From NCBI GenBank assembly GCA_044892525.1, contig CM097885.1:237090001-237154000 (forward strand): a stretch of DNA of 64,000 bases. Reading direction: 5' to 3'. This document shows positions 1 to 20,039 of this stretch, piece by piece (within the stretch, counting starts at the first letter, position 1; every line of letters starts with the position of its first letter). The notes under the pieces were generated by a model, which worked only from the letters and a program-made list of their open reading frames with translations, made no database searches and was not told the origin of the DNA. Origin of the DNA: Schmidtea polychroa. Taxonomy: Eukaryota. The translations under genes and the position numbers were made by a program.

Positions 1-250
1 TAATAATCCATAGGATTGCAATCAGGAGAGTTAGGAGCCAAGTGATGGTGCTGGCAAAATCATAAAAATTCTCTGAAAACCACTTCCGAGTCTTACGAAA
101 GGTATTACAGGGACCTAAATCTTGTTGCTACAAATATAGACATCTAGAATCCATTCTTCTCCAACAAACGCTTCATCGAGGTGTTCAACAACTCCACATA
201 GTCATTCAAACAATTGTTCGCATATTTTATTGGTGTTCTGTTAGGTTGCT
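1..250 (-). mobile_element. Degenerate Tc1/mariner (maT/DD37D-like) transposase fragment in an MSH5 intron
   Basis: Minus strand, with stops and frameshifts, gives QQDLGPCNTFRKTRKWFSENFYDF...PNSPDCNPMDYY, matching the QQDxAPxH...WPPNSPDxNPxDY catalytic region. Runs off the window edge. Confidence 0.7.
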
Positions 251-518
251 TTCTTTCTTGATATTCATGAATAAAAATTGAAGATACTTGTTTTATTACA
301 ACAGGGCCCTTCTGGGTTTGTGAGCGCTGGTTAAACCATCGCTTAATTCGCTACTATCTAGAAAATTGGAAAATATTTTTTTACATTTTACACAAATCTA
401 TTGCGACCATTTCGTTAACTAAATATTATATTTAACATTTAAACAAAAATAAATTAAAATTTTAATTCAGTTTTTAATTTAGCAAAATATTAAAATTAGC
501 AAAAAATGTATTACTTAC

Positions 519-8474
<7,956 letters not shown>

Positions 8475-8647
8475 CTTGACATTAAAATACAATTTTAAAT
8501 TTTATACAATTTATAATGTTAATTTTTAATCGTCAAAAATAATTATTAAAATATTAATATCAAGAAAAATTATAAGTTGAATGAAAAAGTTTTTTTGATA
8601 GAACAACTAATTAAAGTTTAAATTTTTAGTTACTTTTTCGTTTTTAA

Positions 8648-8891
8648 CCCTACACTGCATATTGTATCACTGGTGATACACAATTATCTTATTAGAATAA
8701 AAACTGTCTCGCTCTTGTTCTCGGTAAATGTTCTCTCATATTACATTGTATTGGCTATATTTGCAATATAATACAAAAAAACCGTAATGTAATTCTCAAT
8801 AGTTTTGTATTACCAAATCAATTTTTAAAACGTCTTACAGTTTAAGTGAAAGTGTACATATAAAAAATATAAAAAGTCATGCAGTGTAGGG
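8648..8891. mobile_element. piggyBac MITE
   Basis: TIR ccctacactgcat / atgcagtgtaggg with TTAA on both sides. Confidence 0.9.
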
Positions 8892-9421
8892 TTAAGGTAT
8901 TAAAAACTATAATTTAACAATAATTTTTGTTCTAGAATGAATCACTAGAATAATCACTGCCAGTTTTTTAATAATTTTATTGACAAATCATACACGTACC
9001 CAATCACTAGCATTACCATTATTTTTGCAAATATTAACTGACATTTTCTTTTAAAATTATAAATACTTACAAATATATTTTCTTCTTTGACAACAAAATA
9101 AAGCATTTTTAAATGTATTCAAAATATAATTAAAAGATCTAGCAGTTCCCTAACAGTGGAATATTGATAAAAATCACTAAATTGTTGTCTTTTTTAATCT
9201 AATTTCTTATAAATTTATTCAAAAAATGAATTTAAAGATAAAAAAGTTATTTACTGCTTTTCTTAACAATCAAGTATTGACAAATTTAATTAATGATCAA
9301 ATTACTTTCAAAATTTAACAGACACTGAAAAATTAAAATTTAATTAAATAACCAACAATTTGTTTCATATAAATCAGTATATAAATTATTTGTTCCTACC
9401 ATCTAATTTAACCACCATTGT

Positions 9422-9655
9422 TAAGGTGACCAGATTTTTAAATGGGCAAAGCTGGACAACTTTGAAGGAGGGGGTATCAACAAAAATTTTCATATAGAAT
9501 AAAAATAATATGGTAATATTATTTGATTTTTAACATAAGTACAATTTATAAATATAAAAAATTATTCCTTGACATATTTTTTATTCTTTTTGACGCGGGA
9601 TAAATCGTGAAAAATCGGGACTGTCCCGCCACAAGCGGGACGTCTGGTCATCTTA
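9422..9655. mobile_element. hAT MITE
   Basis: TIR taaggtgaccaga / tctggtcatctta; 8-bp TSD accattgt/accattgc. Confidence 0.88.
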
Positions 9656-9699
9656 ACCATTGCTCCTACCCATTCATTGAAAAACATGCTTGTATTTGA

Positions 9700-9865
<166 letters not shown>

Positions 9866-10115
9866 CACCTGTGTTAGTTTGGGAGGATATTTTAATATTT
9901 TAATAATTATCGGAATATTAGATTCAATGTAAATTGTTAATAACTATTTAATTGGAATAACATAGATTTACTAGTAACTATTTAGGTTAAATTGCATCTA
10001 TATTTGTATAACCTCTAATATTACATAATATTTTTTATTCCAAAATAATAATTTTGTAATAATAATTTCAGATTATCAAATTAAATGATAACATTCAAGA
10101 TATTATTTATATTTA

Positions 10116-10681
10116 CAGGAATACCTCGCATAGTACGGTTTCGATCAGTACGGTTTCTCTATAGTACGGTTTTTAAATTTGAAAAAAATGGTTACAAAGA
10201 CGAACAAATATTCAATGTAGACGAGACTGCGTTATTGAAATTTTTAAACAATAATAAATGAATCTAAACATTAGAATTTAAGTGAATTGCTTTTGTTGAT
10301 CTTTTTTAAATTAAATTTTTGTGTTTATTTAATTTTATTTACTTGTTTTTCATCAGCTATTTTTAATATTTTTAAAATGAAATAAATTCTTTTTTTGATT
10401 TAGTTGCAATGAATTGGTAGTGCCGGTTTATAAATTTCAATAAATATATATTTAAATGTACAACTGTGTTAAATATGCTTGTTTTGCTCTTGAATATCAG
10501 AAAAATAAAAATACATAACAAAATATTTTTTGTTTACTAGATTATAATCACGATTCTTAAATTTCTTAATAGGGGTACCAAGCGGTAAATTTATTAGCGC
10601 CAGAATTCCTCGAATAGTCCGGTTTCAAATAGTACGGCTAAATTCCAGAACCGACTAACCGTACTGTTCGAGGTATTAGTG
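10116..10681 (+). mobile_element. pogo/Tigger non-autonomous element
   Basis: TA-flanked TIR caggaatacctcgcatagtacggtt / aaccgtactgttcgaggtattagtg. Internal EQIFNVDETAL remnant of the DDE_1 transposase. Confidence 0.85.
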
Positions 10682-11749
10682 TAATTAGATTATCTACATA
10701 TATCATTTTCAAATATTTAGTTAGCATAATATATTATTTTGAATCTAATGTGTTATGGATAAAATTAAATCTTTTAAATTATGGTCATTATTTTATAATT
10801 TATTAGACAGATCGAAACATTTGAAATAGGCAAAAACATGGAAAGGTTTACCGAATGAACTGACAAATGTTTCAGACTACTCAAACGTTAAAAGATCACA
10901 TGAGAATATTTATCAATGCGTTTCTATTAACTGAAGTAACTTGGAAATTTGAATGCTTAGAAAGGATAATGCAAAATACTTTTACAAGCTATCAAATTTG
11001 GCAAGCGGTCTTAAAGTTGCTTTATCTTATCAAAGAGGAATTAATCCGATTACGCAGTTTCTTAAATGTTTTAAAAAATGTGGTTTATCACAATCTGACT
11101 GAAGGTGATCGGAAAGTATTTTTAATTAAAAATGCAATTGAAAATAATGAAACGAAGAAAGATTTGATTTTACAATGTCTGAAAACATTCGATGATATGA
11201 AAGAGAATAATCGAATTAGATGAAATAAATAAATAGAAAAAAAAGTAAGCAAACGCTGCAATATTAAATAAAGGCAAAAATGGAATCAACGGAAGTAACG
11301 GCAAAGAATCGAAGATTCAAGATTAAAAATTAGCAGAGAAAAATTAAAAGAGAAATATTTATGCAAAATATTAATACATTTAATCAATTCGAAAAATCAA
11401 AGTGTTTAAAAGGACTCATAAACTTTTTGGAACTTAAAAATCATTAGCTGTCTTAAAAAATAATTTTATCTTGATATATATGTGGCACCGAAGTTTATGC
11501 AATGCAATAAAACAGTACAGTCATTGTGATATTAATAAAATATTTATTGAATATTTATCGAATATTAAATCATTTGGCTAGTCGAATGATTTAAAGACAA
11601 TTTAGAAACAGCTGAGTAGGTAGTTAGTAGCCCACAGCAGCACGACCATCGGGTGGAGGATGGAAGGGGTACCCCCTTAGAAAAAGATTTTACTGTAGTA
11701 ATTTTTTTTGCATTTTTGATTGCGTAACTGCTGCAGTGGGCTACTCTTT

Positions 11750-12515
11750 TTTTCTGGGATTTTCAATAGAAAAAAAATTTCCCTATAGAAAAGTTTTTTT
11801 CTGACTATAGTGAGGAGCTCTCGATGCAACCTGAGAATTTCAATACAAAAAAGAGTCCTGGGTAAAAAGCCAAGGATTTTTCTGACTATAGTGAGGGGTC
11901 TACTTGGTCCTGGAATTTTCAATACAAAATTCGATTATCACTAAAAAAGCATAGAATTTTCTATTTAAATTAAGATGGGCTTCTTGGTCCTGAGAATTTC
12001 AATAGAAAAAGGTGGTCTTCAAAAAATAGCCAGGATTTCTCAGACTATAGTCAAAGGGTCTCCTTGGTCCTGGCATTTTCAATACATATATCAGTCTACA
12101 CTAAAAACCCAAGGATTTTTCTGACCATAGTGAAGGGGTCTCCTTGGTTCTTGGATTTGCAATACAAAATTCAATTATCACAAAAAAACCAAGCATTTTC
12201 CTAAACGATAAATTAAGGTGGGTCTCCTTGAACCGGGGAATTTCAATACAAAAAATGATCTATAGAAAAAAAAGCATGGTAATTTAAGGTCTCAGGATAT
12301 TTTCAATACAAAATCCGATTCTCGTTAAAAAAGCAAGGATTTTTCTAAATAAATTAAAGTGGGTCTCCTTGATTCTTGGATTTTCAATACAAAATTCAAT
12401 TATCAATAAAAAACCATGGATATTTACAAGTATAATTTCCAAGTACAATTAAGGTGGATCTCCTTGGTCCTGAGAATATCAAAACAAAAAGGGAGTCTTC
12501 ACTAAAAAAGCATGG
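11750..12515. repeat. Diverged tandem repeat, about 80-bp unit, about 10 copies
   Basis: Core gggtctccttggtcctgg..ttttcaatacaaaa recurs mostly every 76-84 bp. Confidence 0.85.
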
Positions 12516-12775
12516 AAAATAAGCAAATTATGGGTCTAAAAGTGAATTACAGTAAATTATCGGCTAAATTTTTAAATTACAGGCTCAAATAAGCTAATTA
12601 AGGTTCAAATTTTAAAATTAAAGTAAATTAAAGTAATGTAATAAATAAATTGAAGTAAGATTTTTAAATTTATTAACAAAAGATTGAATAACCACAAACT
12701 TTTTGAGAAATGTAATTTTTTAATGGAAATTTTAATGGAATAATTATTTAAGTCAATTTTTAATAGAAATTTTAA

Positions 12776-15700
12776 TGGCGTTTTTTGTGAAAATTAAAAA
12801 ACTTATTATTTAGAAATCCTTTTGATTAAATATATATTGTTGGTACAAGAATTTTGCTGAGAAACTTAAAGATGGATTTAAAGATAGATTTAACTGGCGA
12901 CCACGCCGAAAATCAAAATATCAACGCCATTTCGAAATCGACAAAATCGCTAATAAAATGCCTACCGAAATCATGCCAAGACATGCTCACACTGACCATC
13001 AGACGATATGATGGACGAGGTTTAAAAAAAGTCGAAGAATGGATCAGGGATATAGAAGAATGGTTGCTGACAAATGGACAGCGATTGACAAGCACTTTCG
13101 ATGTGTTATTAGGGGCAGAAGCAAAGAATTTGTTGGGAAACATCAGAGAAACAGAACCAACAGATGTGAAAGCCAAAGCGTGGTTCTTACATACGTTCAC
13201 AATTACAAAATCAATAACTGATAAAATCAGAGAATTGGCAGCTATGGAACAGGAAGATGATGAAAGGTTTGTAGCTTTTGAGATACGGCTAAGGAAAACT
13301 TTAGCTGAAGTTGTAAATTCATGACGATCAGAAGAACATATTGTTCAAGACCTCATCGCAAATAAAGCACACGATGTGAGACTGCGGAAGATACTATTGA
13401 CGAAACCAGAAACAAAAATTGAAAAAACGAGATCATTAGCGAAAATCTTTGAAAGTAACAAAAATGGAAACAATAAAATGGAATTTATTAAAGCAATCGG
13501 TCAAAGAACATACGCTAGCGTGACTGAGGGATGGCAGATGAGAATTCAAAAGAATACCCAAGATCCGATGGCTACATCACCACAAAGAAGACTATCAGAA
13601 GAGTCATTTAGTCACCACGGATCAAGAAGAAACGAACATCCTATACGTGAACCAATACAATACGAAGAAAATAACCATTGTCGTCGAGAACAGTCTCCAA
13701 GAGAACAATTCTTGAGAAATGCGAGAATTCCGAATAGCTCAGAAAGGAAGCTGCCAACAGTATCCATGGAGAATATAGCAAGGAGGATGTACAACGAAAG
13801 TAGAGGACTACCACAAGCATCGGTCCCAAAATTAACGGTAGGTGATTGTTTTTGCTGTGGCGAAAGGGGACACATAAGGTATGAGTGTCCACTGGGAAAT
13901 AAATGCCTGATATGTGGCAAGGAAGGACACGGGTTACGAGATTGTTTTTCATTACGGAAAGAGGTTCCACACCGATATCAATGAATAGCGTGCATAGAAG
14001 CAGAAGATTCAAAATCTGAAAGAAGAGAAAGAGAGAAAGAACAGCCAGGATTTCAGAACTGCTCACAGTGACATGGAAGATAGATACAATGTCCCTGAGA
14101 AATATACGATATTGAGAGAAGACGGAAAAAACATCAGCGACTCCATGGGTTTCATTTCATCGGTGGAGTCAAGAAAAGAAGAAATGAACGACAAAGAGAC
14201 GAGGCAGAAGAAGAGATGTACCAGACGGAAGATGGAAGAAATTGGAGTAAAATAATGTTGAATAATGCCGAAACAGAGATGTTATGGGACTCTGGAGCAA
14301 CAGTAACAGTCATGAACAAGAATTTGTGGGAGAAAATAGGCAAACCAGAACTTCAACGTAGTATGATATTATTATGCGGAGTTTTTTCAACTGGAGGTGA
14401 AGAAGCAATGGGATACATGACTATACCGGACACATAGAATCAGAAGACCAAATTAATCACAGTAGTAGTGGTAAAAGAGATCAAACCCGAATTCATAGGG
14501 GGCATTGATACAATGAAAGAGTTTGGAGTAAAGTTAGTGAAAATCAATAATATAGAAACATCATTGATAAACAAAATTTACACTGATGAAGAAAGAATAA
14601 ATAAAGCACTAGTGGCGATGGCAGGTGAGAATAGTAGTCTCGTGAATGAAAAAATATTTTCGTCAATCGATTTAGGTCAGGCGTATTATCAAGTGCAGTT
14701 GGCTCCAGAAATTCAAGAAATGACTGCTTTCAGTACAAGAGAAGGACAATTTTGTTTCAATAGACTACCGTTTGGCTTAGCAACAGCCCTGCGACATTCC
14801 AGAGACTGATGCACACAGTGCTAGAAGGAATGCTATTCAAGGGAGTAGTAGTTTATCTAGATGATATCTTGGTATATGGTAAAAGTCAAAAAGACCACGA
14901 TGAGCTATTAAGGGAAGAAGAATTCAAATGGCAGGACTGAAGATAAATCCAGAAAAATGCAAATTCAATAAAACAGAATTGTGTTTCCTTGGTCACACAG
15001 TTAACGAGAAGGGTATCCAGACAAACAGGAAGAAATTGGAAGAGATCGAGAAAGCAGAAGAACCAAAATGTTCAAAACAATTGAGATCGTTTCTCAAATT
15101 AACGAACTACTATAGAAGATTCATCAAAGACTATGCCAAAATCGCCAAACCATTATACGCTGCAACATCTGGATGCGATAAAGATATAAATTGGACTAAA
15201 GAATGTAATGAGAGTTTCCAAACTCTGAAGAGACGGTTGTGCGAAGCACCTATCCTTGATTTTCCAAAAGAAGATAGGACTTTTATCCTAGAGACATACG
15301 CTAGTTTCGTAGCCATTGGTGCAGTTTCGAGTCAAATTACAGAATATGGAGGAGAATCGGTCATACCTTATGGCTCGAGACATATGTCATCACATGAAAA
15401 GGGATACTGTGTAACCAGGAAAGAACTGCTCGCCGTTCATGAATACGTCATGCATTTTAGAGAATATCTGTACGGAAAAAAATTCATAATTCCCACCGAC
15501 CACAAAACACTGGTTTTCATGAACACTACAAAAACGCCAATCAGTCCGCAGTTCCAAACATGGTTAGCTAACCTGTCGGAATATGATTTTGAACTAAAAT
15601 ATCGGAAAGGCGAAGAACACTCGAATGCAGATGGACTATCAAGATTAAAAAGTATGATTTGCACTCAGTGTCAAACAAGACATGAAGAAGCTAAGAAAGG

Positions 15701-16947
15701 AAAATCAAAGATTATATATATATATATATATATACTATCCAAAGAACAGAAGCTATGGAAAAAGTATGGGAACAACAACAAAAGGACATTCGGTTTCGAG
15801 AGCTGCGAGAGATATTGGAAAATAGATGTGTTTTGTTTTCCTTTTAACGTAAAAAATACACGAATTGATGGAGAATTAATAACAGTAGAAAAGAATAAAA
15901 ATATCTTAATGTTACTCCCAGAAACATTTGCAGGCCTGTTAACAACAACCCTACATGAAGAACTATGCCACATTGGAGTTATGAAATTATTTCATTATAT
16001 GGAAAAGATATTTTATTGGTCGAAAATGCAAGAAACAATCCAACTCTGTTTACGATGTTGCGAGATCTGCGCTAAGAGAAAGATCGATCAGCAAGAACCA
16101 AGGAAACATTTATTCCTAGATATAGCTCTGAATTCCTAGAACATATTGTTATGGATGTGGATTACATGGAAATGAACGCCATAAAAAAATATGGTGGACC
16201 GTTTTAGCAAGCTAACTTCTTTAACTGCAATCACAAAGCAAGACGAAGGGACAATTTTCAAAACAATACTTAATAGTTGAATCTATCGATTTGGAAAACC
16301 GAAGAGCATTTTAACAGATAGAGGCCGGAATTTCGAAGGGAATTTCCTAAGATAGAAGCTACAGAAACTTGAAATCAAACAGGAATTTAGCTCACCTTAC
16401 CAGCACTAATCAAATGGTTTAGCCGAACGAGCCATAAGAACGATAAGAGATCTTAATACAGCAACAATAGAGTTCACTATAAATAGCAGTCGACAAAGTG
16501 CTACAGGTTTATCACCATTTGAGATAATTTATGGACGGAGTGTTAACCTACACTCTAACCTGAAACAAGCCGAGATATCAAAAAGCGAAAGAATCGAAGA
16601 CGCGAGATTTAACTCGAGTAAAGCCGCAGACACTGTGAGAGCTATGGATAAGACAAAGAGGGGCACTCGTGTTTTCGAGGTGAGGAAGGAGGTACTCGTA
16701 CGTAAAGAGCCGCAGAACAGGCACAAGGATGGTATGTAATACGATGGCCCATATAAAATCGTCAGATTTCTATCCCTCATCGAGTCGAATTACATTCACA
16801 AGAAGGAATGAAAGAAAGAAGAATCGAGGGGCTGAAGAATTGGAAAAAGTCTTAAGAAGGGGAGAGTTAGATATTTTGTTGTTTTAATAATTGGAGTGGC
16901 GGTTTTTGTGAAAATTAAAAAACTTATTATTTAGAAATGCTTTTGAT

Positions 16948-17002
<55 letters not shown>

Positions 17003-17054
17003 TTCAAGATTTTTGCTGAGAAATTTAAAGATGGACTTAAAGATGGATTTAACT
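12776..17054 (+). mobile_element. Near full-length, inactive Ty3/Gypsy LTR retrotransposon
   Basis: LTR pair 12776-12895 (5'-truncated) and 16865-17054. PBS TGGCGACCACG (tRNA-Arg-like) at 12895; PPT aagaaggggag. Gag with two CCHC knuckles, protease LWDSGAT, RT YLDD near 14854, RNase H, integrase and GPY. Stops, frameshifts and a large deletion at the RT N-terminus. Confidence 0.95.
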
Positions 17055-17649
17055 GAATAATTTTTTAAATTTGAAGCTATATTGTAAAAATGTCAGCAGC
17101 AGAGATAAAAACAATAATGTCAAAAATACTTTTTTTAAATATAAATATTTAGTGCTTCTATTTATTTTTATAAATTTCACTACTTTTAATTAATTCTTTA
17201 CAAATATTGCTCAAGTGGCATTCGGAATGAATCGGGATGAAAAAAGTGGCGTCGAAACTATAGTTAGAACTCTAAAACTATTCAATAACTTGGTCAATAA
17301 ATTTTAAATAATATCTGAAAATAATTCAAATTTTATAAATTATTCTCAATTCTAAAAATGCTTGAACTGGAAAATTGGCGAATATTATCTTGATATTAAA
17401 ATGGAAATTTTTGAATTTAAATAATTTATTATTTTAAAATGAAGAACGCTTTTGTTTTAATTTTCAATATAAAAAGTAATATTTTAAATTGCTTTCAATT
17501 AGTATTTAACAATATATAGGTAATTTTAAATTTTAAAATATTTATTTATATAAATTTATAATTATTTACTTCCATCGTTCATTAAATATTTATATATATT
17601 TTTGGTATTACTTGTATTTTGTAATAATTAAAGTATTTAGAATTTTTGC

Positions 17650-19311
17650 ATGGCTCCTACTATTCAAAAAGACGATATTAACTTTAACAAAGAAAATAAA
17701 GAAAAACGTGTGGAAAAACGCCCTGATTCCTTAATATGCAAAGTTAAATACACAAACACATTACCGGATATTCCATTTGATCCTAAGTTTTTACAGTATT
17801 CTTTCGGTAACGAAAGGTAAAATTATTGCTCATCTAATTTTTATTATTTTATAAATTAAGATTTATTAAATATAATCCAACATCATTGGAAAGAAATTAC
17901 AAACATGACCTTCTAACTGAGCACGATGTCGGGGTAGAAGTAGATCTCATAGATCCTCTTATTTTTCTTATAAATCCAGATGGTAGACAATTAATATTTC
18001 AAATTTCAATAAGTATATCATTTTAGATAAATTACATCCTGACGATGAAAAGTTGTTAGAAGATGATGCTTCTAATGCCTTAGATTCTAGAAGGTTGTTG
18101 AGTATAATGAATTAATCATTTAATAATAAAAATTAGATCGAGACATCACAATAAATATGTTTCTTGGATGAGAAAAACCGAATATATCTCTAATGAGCAT
18201 TCGAATAAATATACTAAAACAGATAATTCTGAATCTAGGTATTTTAAAAATTCATAGTTTGTATTTATTAGCATGTTTTATTTAGAATTGGTTATAAAAA
18301 GACATTGATGAAAGAAGATGATGTTTACCGAGACAGAAAGAGCCAAATTGAGGCTATTGAAGCAACATTTGCGGCAGCCAAGGAACCATTTATTGAACAT
18401 TACAGCAAGCCTAATGTGGTTGCCCAGAATATCTATCCAATTTTGCCTGACTTTAAGCTGTGGAAACATCCATGTGCTCAGGTATACAATTGCACGTCTA
18501 TCTATTTGTGAATATTTTGTTCGTGTTAGGTCATATTTGATGATAATCCACTCGGCCGAAATAAAGGCGATGGTAAGGATAGTTTTAACCGCGCTCTTAT
18601 TAGGTTGGTATTGATATTGATTAATTAGTGTTAATGATATTCCAGGGGCATGGTAGATGAATCTGGGCAGCATTTCGTTGCCTATTTCCTCCCAACTGAA
18701 GCAACCAAGGGCAAATTGAAACGTGATGCTGAGGAGGACATCTTATTCACTGAGGATGATGTTTATGAATATTATCTAGCCCGCGAGTATAACTGGAACG
18801 TTAAAAACAAAGGAATGTCAAATTATGAGGAAAACTATTTCATAGTGTTTCGATCAGATGGTAAATGGGAGTGTTCATTAAAATGGTGTCAATGTGTAAT
18901 GTTTAGGTACCTATTACAATGAGCTAGAAACCAGAGTTAGACTGAATAAGCGGCGTAAAATTGGACCAAGTGCGGCTGCTGCAAACTTGAAAACGAAGTT
19001 GTTGGTAAAACATAGGGAATTCAATGATATGGAATTCAAGGCTCAAGCCGACCGACTGTCGATGCTGGAGCAGGAAATTGACGAGGAAATGAGCGATGGG
19101 GAGGATAATCAAAACAATCAAGCGGTGAATGAATCTGGTAATGACATCAATCAGACTATCCAATGAAATTGATTGTTTGTAATATTTAGAAGCATATACT
19201 GATGGCAAAGAACAGAAAGACCTGTCTGACACGGATTCAGATGTACCAAAGAAGAAAGAATCTCCAGCAGCATCAATGTCCGATTCGGATAGCGAAAGTT
19301 CAATTATATAA
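17650..19311 (+). CDS. PAF1: RNA polymerase II-associated factor 1
   Basis: Exons 17650-17816, 17861-17982, 18027-18093, 18137-18238, 18286-18481, 18530-18603, 18646-18860, 18907-19137, 19189-19311 give one open frame: [72 protein letters not shown], then an acidic tail. Introns 42-51 nt, GT-AG. Confidence 0.97.
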
Positions 19312-19745
19312 AATTAGAGCTTTACCAACATATTTATAACAGTAGATTCTGTTTTGTTTTTTGAGCCAGTAGGCGACTAAATGTAATAATTTGATTGTAA
19401 ATTATATTTGTCTATTTATTTCGGTCAGAAATTCTATAAACTTTTCTAATTTTCCAAGGTTTGTTGTATTTGTATATTTAACAATTTCGAGTTTATAGAA
19501 TGAATGACTGTTCACAACTAAATATTGTCTTTGATCACCTAATTTTAACAATAAACAATATCAATCGATTCTATCCGCACTACATAACCGTTTCTCAGGA
19601 AAACCTATTGAAGGATCAATATCAATTTCGCTTAATTAAACAAATCTTGCTTGAAATTACAGTAATTTTGAAAGCCATTTAATTATTGCTAATCAAGTAT
19701 TCAATATGCAAATTAAGATTATTTTATTTTTGTAATAGTGCATAA

Positions 19746-20039
19746 GGGGTCATTATAGAATTACGTCACGCCAAAAGTGACAATTTTTGAACCGCCTACC
19801 TTGTCACATTTCTGATGATTCAACCACCCATCACAGTGACGTCATTTTATTGTTCACGAAATGAGAGTAGCCTAGTGGTGCCGTAATCCAAATATTATAA
19901 CTCAACATTGTTTGGGAGCTTGCTGTAGCAACAATAATTGTTAGTCAAAGTATCAGCATAATAGCAGAGGAAGATTGCTGCAATAATAATTCTTGTCACG
20001 TTTTCAAGGAACAGTGTTACGTAATTATGCAGTGACACC
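19746..20039. mobile_element. PIF/Harbinger-like MITE
   Basis: Imperfect TIR ggggtcattatagaattacgtcac / gttacgtaattatgcagtgacacc flanked by TAA. Confidence 0.7.

Noticed and set aside
10867..11223. 118-aa ORF as a host gene
   Set aside because: No recognisable family or gene structure; lies among TE debris.
11750..12515. CRISPR-like repeat-spacer array
   Set aside because: The apparent spacers are homologous to each other, repeats are degenerate, there are no cas genes, and the context is eukaryotic.
18278..19232. Minus-strand ORFs 18278-18673 and 18924-19232
   Set aside because: Antisense shadows of PAF1 exons.
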